Part shown: in pieces, positions 11,625 through 23,611 of the stretch
Numbering within the stretch: position 1 is the stretch's first letter
Layout of the letters: the number at the start of each line of letters is the position of its first letter
NCBI RefSeq assembly: GCF_006345805.1
Contig: NC_043003.1
Location: forward strand, 15,624,001-15,688,000
Direction of reading: 5' to 3'
DNA length: 64,000 nt
Origin: Octopus sinensis
Lineage: Eukaryota
The notes under the pieces: model-generated
What the model saw: only the letters and a program-made list of their open reading frames with translations
Database searches by the model: none
Told to the model about the DNA's origin: nothing
Position numbers and translations under genes: made by a program

Positions 11625-12035
11625 TGAACCAGACAGAAGGCGACGGTTAACCAGAGAGAGACAAAGGCGAAGAACAGCCAGTCTCACTCAGGAAGAACCG
11701 GACGCAAAATGATTAAATAATTCATTAAGGTTCTTAAATCAGTCACAAGAAGTGAGACAAAAGAGACGAAGGCAAGGCGCGGGGAGGCAGGCTCGAAGAC
11801 GTCAAAATGAAAAGGAGAACCTCATTGTACAAAGGAGCACCTTATTGTACAAAGGAGAGATATCCGAAAAGAGAAAGCAGAACAAAAGCGCCAAGATGAA
11901 ATAGAAGAGAAAGCAACAGTGAGGAGAGAATATCTAAGAAGGAGAGCATCGCGAAGGCGACAGGATGAAACGGAAGAGGGAGCAGCACAAAGGAGAGACA
12001 TCGAGAGCGAGAAAACATCGAGAACTCATTGCTGG
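11625..12035 (+). mobile_element. Decayed Arg/Glu/Gln-rich repeats resembling a Helitron RepHel N-terminus
   Basis: Frames give ARRRQNEKE, KRQDEIEEKA, SRRRQDETEEGAAQRR; stops and frameshifts present; no Rep or helicase motif seen. Confidence 0.4.
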
Positions 12036-12115
12036 TAGGGTTTTCACTAGAAACGTGGTGTTGAAGCAGTTACTGAGATAAAGGTTGTAATGTTTTTATT
12101 AATTTTATTTTCCAT

Positions 12116-12195
12116 AGACGCAGGAGTGGCTGTGTGGTAAGTTGCTTGCTTACCAACCACATGGTTCCGGGATCAGTCCCACTGCGTGACACCTT
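12116..12195 (+). mobile_element. Isolated family-A SINE head
   Basis: gacgcaggagtggctgtgtggtaag...cccactgcgtgacacctt, then stops. Confidence 0.85.
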
Positions 12196-12217
12196 TTTAA
12201 TAATGTTATGTTTCAAA

Positions 12218-12645
12218 GGCGCAGGAGTGGTTGTGTGGTTGTAAGTAGCTTGCTAGCCAGCCACATGGTTCTGGGATCAGTCCCACTGTGTGGCACCTTG
12301 GGCAAGTGTCTTCTAGTATAGCCTCGGGCCGACCAAATCCTTGTGAGTGGTTTTGGTAGACGGAAACTGAAAGAAGCCCGTCATATATATGTATATATAT
12401 ATATATGTATGTATGCGTGTGTATATGTTCGTGTGTCTGTGTTTGTCCCCTCCCCCAAAAATTGCTTGACAACTGATGCTGGTGTGTTTACATCCCCGTA
12501 ACTTAGCGGTTCGGCAAAAGGGGCCGATAGAATAAGTACTAGGCTTACAAAGAATAAGTCCCGGGGTCGATTTGCTCGACTAAAGGCGGTGCTCCAGGAT
12601 GGTCGCAGTCAAATGACTGAAAGAAGTATAGGAGTAAAAGAGAGA
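12218..12645 (+). mobile_element. Full-length family-A SINE
   Basis: Head, CORE-like body, internal TA/TG tract, 3' half and gtaaaagag tail. Confidence 0.9.
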
Positions 12646-12842
12646 GAGAGAATCATTTCATGCCTTCATTTCTGGCGGCACGAGTACACTAGTATAATAA
12701 TATTTAAAAGTTTGAGTCGTTTCACAATGGACGAATAAAAAGGAAATAAAAAGAAACACGTGACATACTTCTACTTATATTCTTATCAAAACCTTATAGG
12801 GCACACGAAGGGTCAATATAACACTACTCACAAGAAGACAAC

Positions 12843-12878
<36 letters not shown>

Positions 12879-13189
12879 CTACACAAAGTAGTACAATGAA
12901 GATTGGGAACCGTTCCAAGGATTCTCCATTTTAGTCCCCTTCACTTTGCAGTATATATACTTACATACATGTACGATACTGATATATATACATGCATGCA
13001 TTCATACATACGTATATATAGTTACGTAAACGTATACCTCTAAATAAAATATTTATCAAAGAAACTGATTATTTTATTACATGGTCTGAGATGTCCATTA
13101 AAAGGTGATTAATAAATATCGCTTTAAAAGCAATGGGGTATGGTGGCGCTGTGATATGCAGACATGCACACATGTCTACACATAAATAT

Positions 13190-13689
13190 ACGCACACACA
13201 GACATACATGCACGCACACATCATAAATATGTATATATATATATTTATACATATATCTGAATGTATATATATGTATTATATATATGTATATATATATATA
13301 TATATGTATGTGTATATATATTATATATATGTATATATATATATATATTGTATATATATATAAATATGTATATTATATACATATGAATATATATATATGT
13401 ATATTATATAGATATATATGTAATATATATATAAATATGTATATATATATATAATATGTATATATATATATATAAATATGTATATATATATAAATATGTA
13501 TATATATATAAATATGTATATATATATAAATATGTATATATATATAAATATGTATATATATATATAAATATGTATATTGTATATATATATGTATGTATAT
13601 TGCACACACACACATATATGTATACAGAGAGAGAGAGAGAGGTGAGAGAGAGACAGAAGAGAGAGAGAGAGAGAGAGAGACAGAGATAG

Positions 13690-13728
<39 letters not shown>

Positions 13729-13730
13729 TG
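13190..13730. repeat. Compound (TA)n-rich, (GA)n and (GATA)n tract
   Basis: Direct repeats. Confidence 0.95.
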
Positions 13731-14359
13731 AAGACGGAATGAATATGCAAGAGAGAAAGACGAGACGGAAAAAGTTTTAAGAGATAGACATACACCTATA
13801 CGCAACCATACACCCACCCCTCCACCCTCACTCCCGCACACCTATAAAGAGATGAAATATTCATGAAATAAAACTTTATTACGATGTTAGATGACCTGGG
13901 ATATCCATTAATAGGTGATTAATGGGTATTGCTTTAAAAGAAATAAAATGGGTGACATGATCGACGTCCTTGATTTTTTCATTAGTGACAAGTTAGGAGA
14001 AAGAGCCGCAGACGAGACTGAAATTGAATCTGTGCCACAGTTTTATATAATCGACATGGACCTTAGTGTATACGTAATAAAATTCGTCACTACGACATAA
14101 CATGTTTAGTCGTTTAGGAAAAAATATATATAAGACAAAATGCAAAAGACGAACCAGAGGAAAGCTGAGCCTATAACGCTTATATAGGCGCTGTCTCGAG
14201 AATGAAACATTAAAAAGAACAATGCCTTCGGGTTAACAGCAATCGGCGGGTGTTTTCACCATTTCATTTGTCATTCACATAATTATGTGCGTGTCCAGCC
14301 TGCAGCTTCCTTTCTGTGTAAGGCCCTTGCGGCAAATTAAATGAATAAAAGAAGCTTGC

Positions 14360-14545
14360 GGCGAGCTGGCAGAAAAGTTAGCTCGCTGGGCGAAATGATT
14401 GCTTCTTATACCACTAATACTACATGGTTCTGGGTCCAATCCCACTACGTGGTAACTTGGGAAAGTGTCTTCTACTATAGCCTCGGGCCGACCGAAACTT
14501 TGCGAGTGCATTTGGTAGATGGAATCTAAAAGAAGCCTGTCGTAT
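14360..14545 (+). mobile_element. Chimeric SINE: family-B head joined to family-A body
   Basis: gcggcgagctggcagaaaagttagc..ggcgaaatg followed by tacatggttctgggtccaatccc...ggcccgacc-like body...agaagcctgtcg. Confidence 0.7.
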
Positions 14546-14647
14546 ATATATATATATAATTATACATACATGCATACATACATACATACACACAGATACA
14601 CACACACGCATGCGCACACATAAACATATATATATACACATATATAT

Positions 14648-14885
14648 ATAAAAAATACAAAAATGGGACGAGAACGCAAAACATCCAGACAGTTAGGTGA
14701 AACACAAAAAGGAAATCAAAATATCCAGAGAGACGATACAAGGAAAACAAGGACGGATCATTCGGAGTTTTCTGTCCTCAGTCGAGTTCCAGATTATTTT
14801 TGCAATTTCGGCTGGTTATAATCGAGATTGCTCCAATATGGCCAGCCCCAAGGAAAAATAAGCTAAGAGCATTACCTATGCTAAA
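14648..14885. mobile_element. Interspersed repeat, probably a Penelope-like terminal fragment
   Basis: High similarity to 55790-55970; flanked by (TA)n; class assignment is inferred. Confidence 0.5.
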
Positions 14886-14886
14886 A

Positions 14887-14929
<43 letters not shown>

Positions 14930-15001
14930 GGTCCCGGGTTGATTCGGGGTTAACCACAGTAAATAAGGTACTCAATAAATAGCAGAGTAAAATTAATTTA
15001 T

Positions 15002-15113
15002 TATATAGAAGGAGCTTCTACAGGACTAGAACTGTTTCATTCAAGAGAAATCATCAGGAAATCATACTGATGATTTCTCTTGAATGAAACAGTTCTAGTC
15101 CTGTAGAAGCTCC

Positions 15114-15122
<9 letters not shown>
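15002..15122. repeat. Perfect 56-bp inverted repeat with a 9-nt loop, containing a hammerhead-like motif
   Basis: Arm 15002-15057 is the exact reverse complement of 15067-15122. Confidence 0.95.
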
Positions 15123-15184
<62 letters not shown>

Positions 15185-15336
15185 CGTACAAATGGTTATA
15201 AAGTTAATCTTATGTTCATTCCCTACAAACACTTGATTGAAAATATACAGAACATTGATTGTTTGGACTAGTTCAGTCAACTGTGTCACCCTTAACTTAC
15301 AACCCCAAACACTGTCACATGACACTAATACATATA

Positions 15337-15530
15337 TAGTCAATCCAAACATGAACAAGCAATAAAAAGACCACAATGTGAGTACGTGGAATAAGTACAG
15401 TTTTATTGGACGCTCAGGAAAGGAAAGAAAAGAAAGAGGATTTCATATTTCGAGCGGAGCTCTTCGTCAGAAATATAGAAAAAGTCCAAAGAAGGGAAGA
15501 CAGAGATAGAAAATCTCCAACGATACACAT
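15337..15530 (-). mobile_element. Penelope-like terminal fragment with degenerate hammerhead motif
   Basis: Minus strand CTGACGA-a-GAGC-tcc-GCTC-GAAA...GTC; second copy at 34688-34880. Confidence 0.5.
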
Positions 15531-15535
15531 GCGGT

Positions 15536-15582
<47 letters not shown>

Positions 15583-16359
15583 CGCACAGGTACAAAGACA
15601 TGTATATACATACTGTGAAATATAAGTCTATGAATAAAAACGAGGAAACGTGTCCTAGGTGCAAATATAGAAGCCGTCCTTAGATTTGATCCATTTGGTT
15701 GTGTGACCTTGACCAACAAATAAATGTGATAACCATCAATATTGTAAAGATGGGGGTGCGTTAGATGAATGCCGAGGACCTATGGTGTCAGACTGATAAA
15801 TATTGAATTTCTCAGGCGAGCTATGACTACCAGAAAAATTCTTAACATAGGTACAATTCATTAGACACCATATGGCATGTGAAAACAAAGATTTGAGTAA
15901 TTGGTGACAACTGGGAAAGCGAATGGAAGAAGCATAGCGACAGAGAAAAAGAGAGAGGGATTGGTTAGAGGGAGATTGAAAATATTGTTCAATCTTAACT
16001 TTCGTTATATAAACTAAATATATGATGCTGTCTAATGCAAATGCTTTGAAAGAATCCTTGAAACTTCATAAATGCACATACAGTGCACGCATTCATGCAT
16101 ATTTGGCACCGTCTATTTGGCATCGCTAATTCTTCCTTGACTTACGTGAATGAAATGATTTAAAGTCGTTTCACTTGTTATAATGTTTCTTTCGTTCTCT
16201 CCTTCCCTCATCCTCTCTCTCACTCGTTCTCCCTCTTTTTTATACACACTCACATTCACACACACTCTCTCTTTGTGTGCGAAAGTGAGAGAGGAGTCTC
16301 TCTCACTTTCGCACTCTTTCTCTCTCTCACTCTTTCTATCTGTATAAGTATATCTCTCA

Positions 16360-16530
16360 TTTCTTCATTGCCCACAAAGGGGCTAAACACAGAGGGGACA
16401 AACAAGGAAAAGGAAAAAGGGGTTAAGTCGATTACATCGATCCCAGTGTGTAACTGGTACTTATTAATTCGACCCCGAAAGGATGAAAGGCGAAGTCGAC
16501 CTCGGCGGAACTTGAACTCAGAACGTAGTA
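16360..16530 (-). mobile_element. 5'-truncated family-B SINE with LINE-type tail
   Basis: tttcttcattgcccacaaaggggctaaacacagagggg...gtcgacctcggcggaacttgaactcagaacg. Confidence 0.85.
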
Positions 16531-17047
16531 TATTTCTGTATGCACCTGCGTGTGTGTGTGAATGCGTGTGTGTGTGAGTGCGTGTGTGTATGAATGCGTG
16601 TGTGAATGCGTGTGTGTGTGAATGCGTGTGTGTATGAATGCGTGTGTGTGAATGCGCGTGTGTGTGAATGCGTGTGTGTGTATGCATGTGTGTGAGAGAG
16701 AGAGAGACAGAGAGAAAGAGAGAGAGGCTATGTGCGTTTGCCTCCAGCACCAAAAAGGACTGTTGCCAAAACAGTTCGAACTGCCAATCACTTGTACGAA
16801 ATCGTCGGCGTCCAACAGCTGCGCCCATTCGCCCCGTTCCATGTGTACTAAAACACTGCACGCACTTTTTGTCATAACATTTACAAGCATTAATATTGTA
16901 CGTAAACAGTTTCACACCATGAATTCTGTTGAGAAATATGTTTTTACATTATTAGCACAAGTAATACTATTAGCATTACAATTATGTTCAACAGCACCAA
17001 AGGATGAATATAATAAATACATAAAACGGTGACTATTATCGATTTAG

Positions 17048-17449
17048 TACTCTTTTACTCTTTTATTTGTTTCAGTCATTTGGCATTGGCCATGTTGGGG
17101 CACCGCCTTTAGTCGGGCAAATCGACCCCAGGACTTATTCTTTGTAAGCCTAGTACTTATTCTATCGGTCTCTTTTGCCGAACCGCTAAGTTACGTGGAC
17201 ATAAACACACCGGTATCGGTTGTCAAGCGATGTTGGGGGGACAAACAGACACAAACATACACACACAAATATATATATATACATATATACAACGGGCTTC
17301 TTTCAGTTTCCGTCTACCAAATCCACTCAAAAGGCTTTGGTCGGCCCGAGGCTATAGTAGAAGACACTTGCCCAAGGTGCCACGCATTGGGACTGAACCT
17401 TTTACCATGTGGTTGGTAACCAAGCTACTTACCACACAGCCACTCCTAC
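17048..17449 (-). mobile_element. Full-length family-A SINE
   Basis: All modules present; internal CA/TA tract. Confidence 0.9.
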
Positions 17450-17575
17450 TGTTAACATTAAATACAAGACTGACCAATAATTTTACCTATGCCCTGATCC
17501 CTTAATGATTATTGGTCTCTTATTCATCTTATTTTATTGGTAAACATAACCGTTTCACAGAAAGCACACTGAAAA

Positions 17576-17873
17576 AGGCGGCGAGCTGGCATAAACGTTA
17601 GTACGCCGGACGAAATGCTTAGCAGTATTTCATCTACCGCTACGTTCTATGTTCAAATTCCGCCGAGGTCGACTTTGCCTTTCATCCTTTCGGGGTCGAT
17701 TAAATAAGAACCAGTTACGTACTGGGGTCGATATAATCGACTTAATCGGTTTGTCTGTCCTTGTTTGTCCTCTCTGTATTTAGCCCTTGTGGGTAGTAAA
17801 GAAATAGGTATTTCGTCTACTGCTACGTTCTGAGTTCTAATTCCGCCCTTGTGGGCAGTAAAGAAATAAGAAA
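17576..17873 (+). mobile_element. Family-B SINE with a second, internally deleted unit
   Basis: Junction 17806/17807; second unit jumps ttccgcc|cttgtgggc; agaaagcacac repeated on both flanks (likely TSD). Confidence 0.85.
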
Positions 17874-19536
17874 GCACACAGAAAGCAATCATATACAATA
17901 TACTTATGTGCAATGAATAATGTTACACAAGCAATCGAGATACAGAAACTATATATTAACACACTCACACAACGATGTCTTTACTTTATATGCCAGATGT
18001 TCATATATATAAAAATCATTAACAAATTTGAATCTATATTAGTAGATATATATTCAATATTGGTTTATATGTAAAAATGCATTTTGTTTTTCTGACCTTT
18101 TGCCTTCTGCACGGTGGACTATATCATGCATTTACAGACTTTTAACTGAGTCGGTGATTAACCCTAATCCCCTTGTTACCATATTTCTGTTGAGATGCTC
18201 TGAATTTTTAAAAATTAATTTTAAATATGACAAAGAATTTAAAGTAATTTAGTGATCATTAAGCTAGTGCTAGGAATATAATTTGTGACCAAGGTTTGGT
18301 AGATTTTAATTCAGAACTTTTGAGAAAAGAGTCGGTGTCAGGCAGGCTGGAATCAAAAGTTTTTTGTCGTTGAACCTGGATGCCTAACTCATTTAGTGTA
18401 AAGAATTAACATTATGATTATTTTCAGAGTTGAATATTATCTATAATGTTCTTACAAATTTTGGCACAAAGTCAGAAATCCTAGAGAGATATGATTGGTC
18501 TAATTTATCGACCCTAATAGTTAACTTTTACTTATTTTATCGTCACGATGGGATGAAAAGCGGTATGGATTCTAAGCGTAGAGTCGGAATATGCGTCCTT
18601 AAGCATTTTGTCCGATATACTAACGATTCTGCTTCCTTGCCACCTTTTACTATACACAATATTTCTCCCTAATTTTGTAACAAGACGAGAAATTTTGAAG
18701 GTAGGGGTAAGATTACTGACCCCGAAATGATGAAAGGGAAAGTTTATTGCAGCATAAAGAAATACCGCTATATATTTTGTCCGACGTGCTAATGATTGTG
18801 CCAGCTCTCAGCTTTTTTCTATGCATAATGCTGCAATGAAAACTGATGAACAATTGTTCGAAAGTTAGCCAGAGAAGGAACAGGAGTGTTTATGACATTT
18901 ACAAATGATGCGATTGATGACTGTAAGGTTCGGGTTAAACGTCTGCAAGTTAGTAACTGCAAATATGAATAATCATGGCTGGAGAAGTATCCATATCCTT
19001 GGTTGAAATGCTTGCTACTGAGTGAACACTGTATATGACACTGGGGAACAAGGTGGTGGTGTTACAGAGGGCAGCCTATAAGGCTAACCACCAAATTGTT
19101 TGGTACAATTGAGTGGTCTCTAACCATATATAAGACATTTTGTAAATTTTGATTAACAAACCAATGTGTAACAAAACGTTATCTGTATCCAAGCATCTTT
19201 GGAGACGGTCTGTGAAAAATTAATATGTTAACAGCTCTCAAGTCTAAGAATTCAAATTCGCTGCCGGTATTTTGATGTGTTAAGGAGGACTTAATTTAAT
19301 GTGAAAACGGCCTAGAAATAGGCACTATCAATTTTAGATTTATCTATCTCAGGGTACCATTCTGGCCGGTGATAAATTTTGTTTTTCAGCCATTTTTTTT
19401 GCCTCAGATACAGAAAATTGGAGTCAGCTTTTAATTACCTCTGAATTTTGTGAAAAAAACATTTGAAGTATGAAATACAAAAATACATATCTGCAGGCGT
19501 CGAATACAGACACGTTGACATAGAATATTATTGAAT

Positions 19537-19588
19537 CTCCCAAATAATGAATTCTATCCCCTTTGGGATAGAATTCATTATTTGGGAG
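19537..19588. repeat. Perfect 24-bp inverted repeat with a 4-nt loop
   Basis: ctcccaaataatgaattctatccc-cttt-gggatagaattcattatttgggag. Confidence 0.95.
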
Positions 19589-20553
19589 TAATATTTTGAT
19601 CAGTAATACAAGCCCAGTAAAAGGAATCTCTTTATATAAATGCAAAGAAAGTCTCTTGAAAAGATCATAGAAGTAATGAAGCAGCAATATTAAACTAAGG
19701 GTAAGAAACTTTAATGAGAGCTAAAAAGCAAGGTCTTCAGAGAAAGAACTCCTCTTCATACGCCCGCCAGGAAAGTGCTTTGACACTTAAGTTCTTACAC
19801 CACGAGGAAAATTCCAATTGGCTTCTTTACACCACGAGCAAAATTTCCAGTCGACTTTCAAATCGAACCAAATGATTGAAAAGCATAAAAGATAAAGTTG
19901 GAATTGAAAGCACACCACTAAATATTCTATTGTCTACAAACTCAAAACCTCAATCAAACGCACATTTTAAGTACGAAGCAATAAGATAAATCGAATTTTA
20001 CATGACAGTCCTTAACGAATATTCCAGTGAATATAAATCAAATATCGTATTTTATTCAACTCTAATGCAACATGTCATCTATGAGTATTTACAAGATTCC
20101 TGCTTTCCTATATTCCAAGAGTATCTGTCAATACTGCCAAATATTTTCGCTTTAATATCAATCTTTAAATATATTCTTGTACAAACCAATTCCCAATATA
20201 TTGCTGATTAAAAACATATTTAAAACAATATCGATATGAATCTATCTATATCAATAAAGGTCTTCGATTGTTAGTTTTGAATGGTTTCCAAATTTGTAGG
20301 ATGATTCAAAGCAATCTATAAAAATAGGTGAACGAAAAAAGTCTTGGGTCTTTGATACGCTTAAATTAAAACAGGAAAGTAAAGAGACGTAGAAGGAGTG
20401 AATGTTGTAATGGAGTGCTAGATGAGTAGGAGTGTTAGTGTGGAATACAGAAACGTTGTAACGTTCTCTCGTCAAACTGTTCTTTCTCTTTCAGTGTTGT
20501 TTTCAATCACCCTCTCACTCACACACACTTTCCTACTCATCTATCTATCTATA

Positions 20554-20584
<31 letters not shown>

Positions 20585-23500
20585 ATCTATCTATCTTTAA
20601 CTATCTATCTATCTTTATCTATCTATCTATCTATCTATCTATTCGTACTTACATAATGAGAGAGGGAAGAGAAAGAGTGAGAGAAAGTATGAGAGAGTAA
20701 ATGCTAACAAAGAAAGAGTTGGACAATATATATTTCCAACGTTGTCATTATTGCGTTTAATCTTTTCGGGGTCGATAAAATAAGTCCTAGTTGAGCCCTA
20801 CCCGCAAATTTCAGGTTTCTCTTTATAGTAGAAAGAATTATTAAAATCCTTTAGTTAAAAAGCATATCTTTAAAAATTCTGTACAGGGTTTCAAACAGAT
20901 AGGAAATAATATATTCTTTCATATTTCTACTTTTAACATTTTCATGTTTCTAAATATTCAGCTATTGTGCTTTCAAGATCGAACATAATTTTCATAATTT
21001 TTTGAATATGTTTAAATTTCTTCAAAAATTAACACTCCGTTTCAGAAATCCTAGTCCCTGAATATATTAGAATTATGAACAAATTTAAATATGAAACACC
21101 GAACGAAATATTATTTATGTACTTGCTTTTTGAAGTGCTCTTTTAAATGACAATACTCCAATATAGACTGTATATATAATAGTGTTTCCTGATGGGAAAC
21201 TTTGTATTAACTTCTTAATGTATGATCTTTTATTGAGAAATTTTTGTAAATTATTATAGTTGTAACTATTAGGACCATATCCATGGTTCAACGTAATCCT
21301 GAAAACTCAAAAGAGTTGTTCTATATGGCTGTGCAACATAAAACCAATCTTGTCATGGGAGATGTTCCTTGAAAGATTATGCAATCTGGAACTGTTCCTT
21401 GGAAAAAAACTGCAGTCTTGTATTTTCCAAAAACGATGAGGAATATTTGCCATCATTTACTGTACCTTTTCACCATCCAATCCTCTACAGCTTTGACAAT
21501 TAGTAGAAGATCATGTCAGAAGACATACTAAGCATAACAAAAGTTAAAACCTCACACCTAGAGTTTATACTTCTGCCTTGTACAACCAAGCAGTGATCCC
21601 CTTTGAAAATACTGCGCAGTCTTTGGTTGGCAAGGATTTGGAACAGTGCAAATAGTGTGTGCTTTAATTGCACTCCTCATGAAGTGGTATATTAGGCAAC
21701 CAGCTATGATATTCAACGCATGGAACAATATGTCCACCAAAAATACTGATATCGGAGTCAAAAAGTAAATTTTCTTAATGCTTGTCTTGGAACAGGAAAA
21801 AAAAACTTTTGGCTCAATCTAATTTTGGCAGAAGTTTCTCTCTCTGAAGTATATTGTGTCTTTATGTGTAATTCTGTTGTGTATGGGGGGAGTCATTTTC
21901 TTTTTGTGCCTTATAATATAAAACATTCACCGGTAAAATTTCCACTTTTTTTCTTATTTTTATTTTCCTAAACTTTTCGTTGCGTCTTGCAACCTTTTCA
22001 ATAGTTTTGACTCAACAGAATATGCTTCAGTACACGAACTCACATAAAGAATCTTGCAAACCAAATCCCAAAACGAAATATGTGTAATTGTTGTAACTTT
22101 ACACACAGGTGTCAGGAGAGTTCATTTTGTTTTCAACTTGTCCCTTAACTTTTCATTTAATGAAAGTCCAGTATTATGCGCAGGTTCTGAAGTGAGGCAA
22201 ACTGAAAACAAGAGATGAGTGAACTCTATATTATAGACATGGATTTGTGATTCTCGGTCGCACTATACACCATCTGAGAAGTAACAATAAATCACGAGTA
22301 GAATAATAAACTTGTCCTGAGAGTGTTTCAGACAGTTGTCTCAAAGGATAAAATAACTGCTGAGTTGGGACTATAAAAAATTATAATTGAAGACCAGAGG
22401 GAAAATTCTACCTTTCTACCATCATGAAGATTGCACTTAATAAAAATGTCGCAGTAACTCAGTTGATAAAAGTTTTACTTCAACTGGAGGCAATGCTTAG
22501 CAATAAGTTAATACAAGATCAATATACAGCGATGTCAATATGCAAGACATATATGTGTCTCTATGTGCAAGACATATATGGGTCTCTATTACATTCCCTT
22601 TATTTTGAAAGGCCATCTAGCTTCAAACGGCATTATATAGTATACAGCATTATACAGTATACAGTATTATATAGTATACAACAGGATGCTTTCAAAATTG
22701 AAGAAATTTCGTCAGTGTGTAGTACTCAGAACACACCATCAAACAAGCATCAAATTGACCTTCTAGTCAGGAATATAGGATAAGCTCCAACGTACCATGA
22801 TGCCTTTTTGCATCATTAGGGATGCAAAATCCGAAATACAATTACATTAAAGATTATACGATTGTAGAGTAGAATGGTATTGCATGGATGGTTCTAATGA
22901 CTATAAAGATGCATTCTAAGAGATAAATAAATGGAGTTTGAACATTAAAACTAGAAATGTAAGTTGTCTTATACTTGTGAATAACAACTCGAGTGATAGG
23001 AACACACATACGTAGACAAATGATTCTTTTAAATTATTTCATTGAATTTAAAACACTTTAGGACGCGCAATGATCTTACCACATGAAAACTAAGTAACTT
23101 GCGCTTGTCCTTCTACTAATAATCAATGTCTGCCTGAAGGTGAATCGAAATTGGGCTAAAAGACATTAAAATAATGCTAAATATACCTATCTCTTAGAAA
23201 ATAAAAATCCCATTAGTCATAAAATGTAGTCAAGTTAAAATAGTTTTGGAGATTACTGTAAGTGTATTTCACATAATTATAAAGATTCAGATATTTTCAA
23301 AGGCGAAAAGAATATCATTAGATTCACATCGTTATCATGGATAACAGTAAGTAACAGACACAGCGTGAGCTTTTTGCACGCTAAATTTACCAAATAGTCT
23401 CTATTTCCATCTGAATCCAGTTCAGTTCATTTAAATCACTTTTAAGCTATAAAAGTGCATATAAGTCACTTTACTTATATTACTTATTGCTTTGAAATGA

Positions 23501-23611
23501 ATCGATATTAGTGACTGAAATAAGGCAACGAGTTGCAAGAATTGTTAGTTCTCTGGATAAAAATGCTTAGCGGTATTTTGTGCGTCTTTAAAGGCGGCGA
23601 GCTGGCAGAAA

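Noticed and set aside
12218-12290. tRNA-like A/B boxes (also in families B and C)
   Set aside because: SINE heads continuing into SINE bodies; no complete cloverleaf, so not called as tRNA genes
16432-16890. Minus ORF containing QLLDADDFVQV, resembling an RT YADD motif
   Set aside because: Single short motif with no flanking RT blocks; the rest of the ORF is SINE and microsatellite
19424-19687. Hydrophobic 87-aa minus ORF resembling a GPCR piece
   Set aside because: No receptor motifs; spans the perfect hairpin; AT-rich codon bias explains the hydrophobicity
22044-22201. Minus-strand exon candidate with good splice sites (ttgttttcag ... GTGAGT)
   Set aside because: All three frames contain stops and no partner exon was found
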